The translations under genes were made by a program, and so were the position numbers. A DNA stretch of 64,000 nucleotides from Selaginella moellendorffii (Eukaryota; Plantae; Lycopodiophyta): assembly GCF_000143415.4 (NCBI RefSeq), contig NW_003314262.1, positions 4,896,389 through 4,960,388 on the forward strand, written 5' to 3'. The notes beneath the pieces were generated by a model. It did not search any database and was not told where the DNA came from. It saw only the letters and a list, made by a program, of their open reading frames with translations. Below are positions 62,946 through 64,000 of this stretch, piece after piece (positions within the stretch are counted from its first letter, which is position 1; the number at the start of each line of letters is the position of its first letter).

Positions 62946-63222
62946 GGAAGAAAAGCCTATGCGGAGTGGCCAAGCAGTCCTGTGTAGCTGGTGTGAAGAG
63001 GAGAGCATCTAAATCAACTTCATGGGCACTGCCGCCTTTGTCACAAGCCTAGCACCTGCCGTGGATGCATCAACGGCACGGACGCCACACTCGTTGCCCT
63101 TCTCACGACGCAAAAGCGATGCAACGTAAGTCGTAGGGCGTTCTGCTCTGTTCTAACAAACAACCCCCCAGTCCAACTTGGCCGTGGCTTGCCGTCGTGA
63201 AGACCATGGACCTCAAGTCTAG
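62945..63222 (+). pseudogene. Deleted, inverted fragment of the 56440-56870 CRN-like gene
   Basis: Shared blocks CTGCCGCCTTTGTCACAAGCCTAGC, CCGTGGATGCATCA, CGCCACACTCG, TTCTCACGACGCAAAA, GTAAGTCG, CCAGTCCAAC and CCTCAAGTC. The Walker A coding segment is deleted. Confidence 0.85.
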
Positions 63223-64000
63223 AACCACCCTGAGAAGCTTGCACGACACCTTCTCGCGACACAAATAGCCTGACCTGACCTGTAAGTATTGTTCTTTTAA
63301 GGACAAAAAGCAAAAATAAGGACAAACAAGCCCTGGAATTGCGCAGCAACTTAACTGGTGATTCTCCTGAAAGATATTGTCACCATAGAAAATTTTAAAG
63401 GATAAATGGGGATAAAATAACCATTAAAACTATTTCATCAAACAATTAACTTAAAGGAGACAGATAAGATGTTAAATAGGCTATGTATTAGGTATCCATA
63501 CATACATTTTTTCTCTTATGGAGTATCCACAAATGGTAAATATCCTCTTGTAGAGTATTCATAGGTGAAGGTATCCACTATAAAACTATAGTACTGGTGG
63601 ATGACTAAATGCCTCATAAAAATGGAACTCTAGAGTGGGTGGAACATTTAGAATCTACATCCAAATAATTGATTTAGTAATATAATTTTTGCTTAAGATA
63701 AATATTAACATTCCTTAATTATTCACCAAGCATAATTTATATTATAAATAGCATTATATTTACAAGAAATATAATTATATTACATTTAGATATTATTCAA
63801 ATATTTATAAGTGGGAAAGATAATATCTTATAGCATTGTGTCAATCGAAGAGCATTGTCAAGGGTTACTAGGGCAAGAACATCTCAAGAGTTACTAGGGC
63901 AAGTGCATATAGAAGTTCTAAAAAATCTTGATGAGATGTTAACCACAGCATACTAACTTGTTCCACTATCATAATCATAATATTATGATATTAGGTATAC

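Noticed and set aside
62946-63008. First 21 codons of the 536-aa ORF
   Set aside because: They are the antisense of the inserted paralog fragment, so the ATG at 62945 is the more plausible start.
63340-64000. AT-rich end with GTTACTAGGGCAAG x2
   Set aside because: Probably TE-derived but truncated by the window edge; no termini can be defined.

Overview
Eukaryotic land-plant genomic DNA. The gene density, ~50-60 nt introns and gene set suggest a lycophyte such as Selaginella (inference, not searched). Layout: (1) 1-~9.3 kb is a nested LTR-retrotransposon complex: a decayed Ty3/gypsy pol plus accessory ORF region, carrying a second family's 3' LTR (220-1960) and an inverted solo LTR of that family with a CAAGT TSD (7151-8694). 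(2) 10-17 kb is an accessory zone with a 10-Cys hevein-like peptide gene, gene fragments and a decayed P-loop NTPase gene. (3) 17-55 kb is a very compact core-gene block: FAD oxidoreductase, PLS-E PPR, FHA coiled-coil protein, BIR-like LRR pseudokinase, group C bZIP, CDPK, SKU5-similar, full-size ABCG, YODA-like MAP3K, GID8, RING-H2, SETD9-like and FAM135/DUF676. (4) 55-64 kb is an accessory zone with Crinkler(CRN)-like NTPase genes and a TRS120 pseudogene fragment. The most striking item is the full-size ABCG/PDR transporter (35790-41280). It has an apparent PDZ domain inserted between NBD1 and TMD1, degenerate catalytic motifs in both NBDs, and an in-frame TGA sitting on a perfect splice donor. 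Also notable are a small local family of CRN-like NTPases with different C-terminal modules and a hevein peptide with an unusual cysteine frame. All homology calls come from motif recognition by eye; no searches were run.
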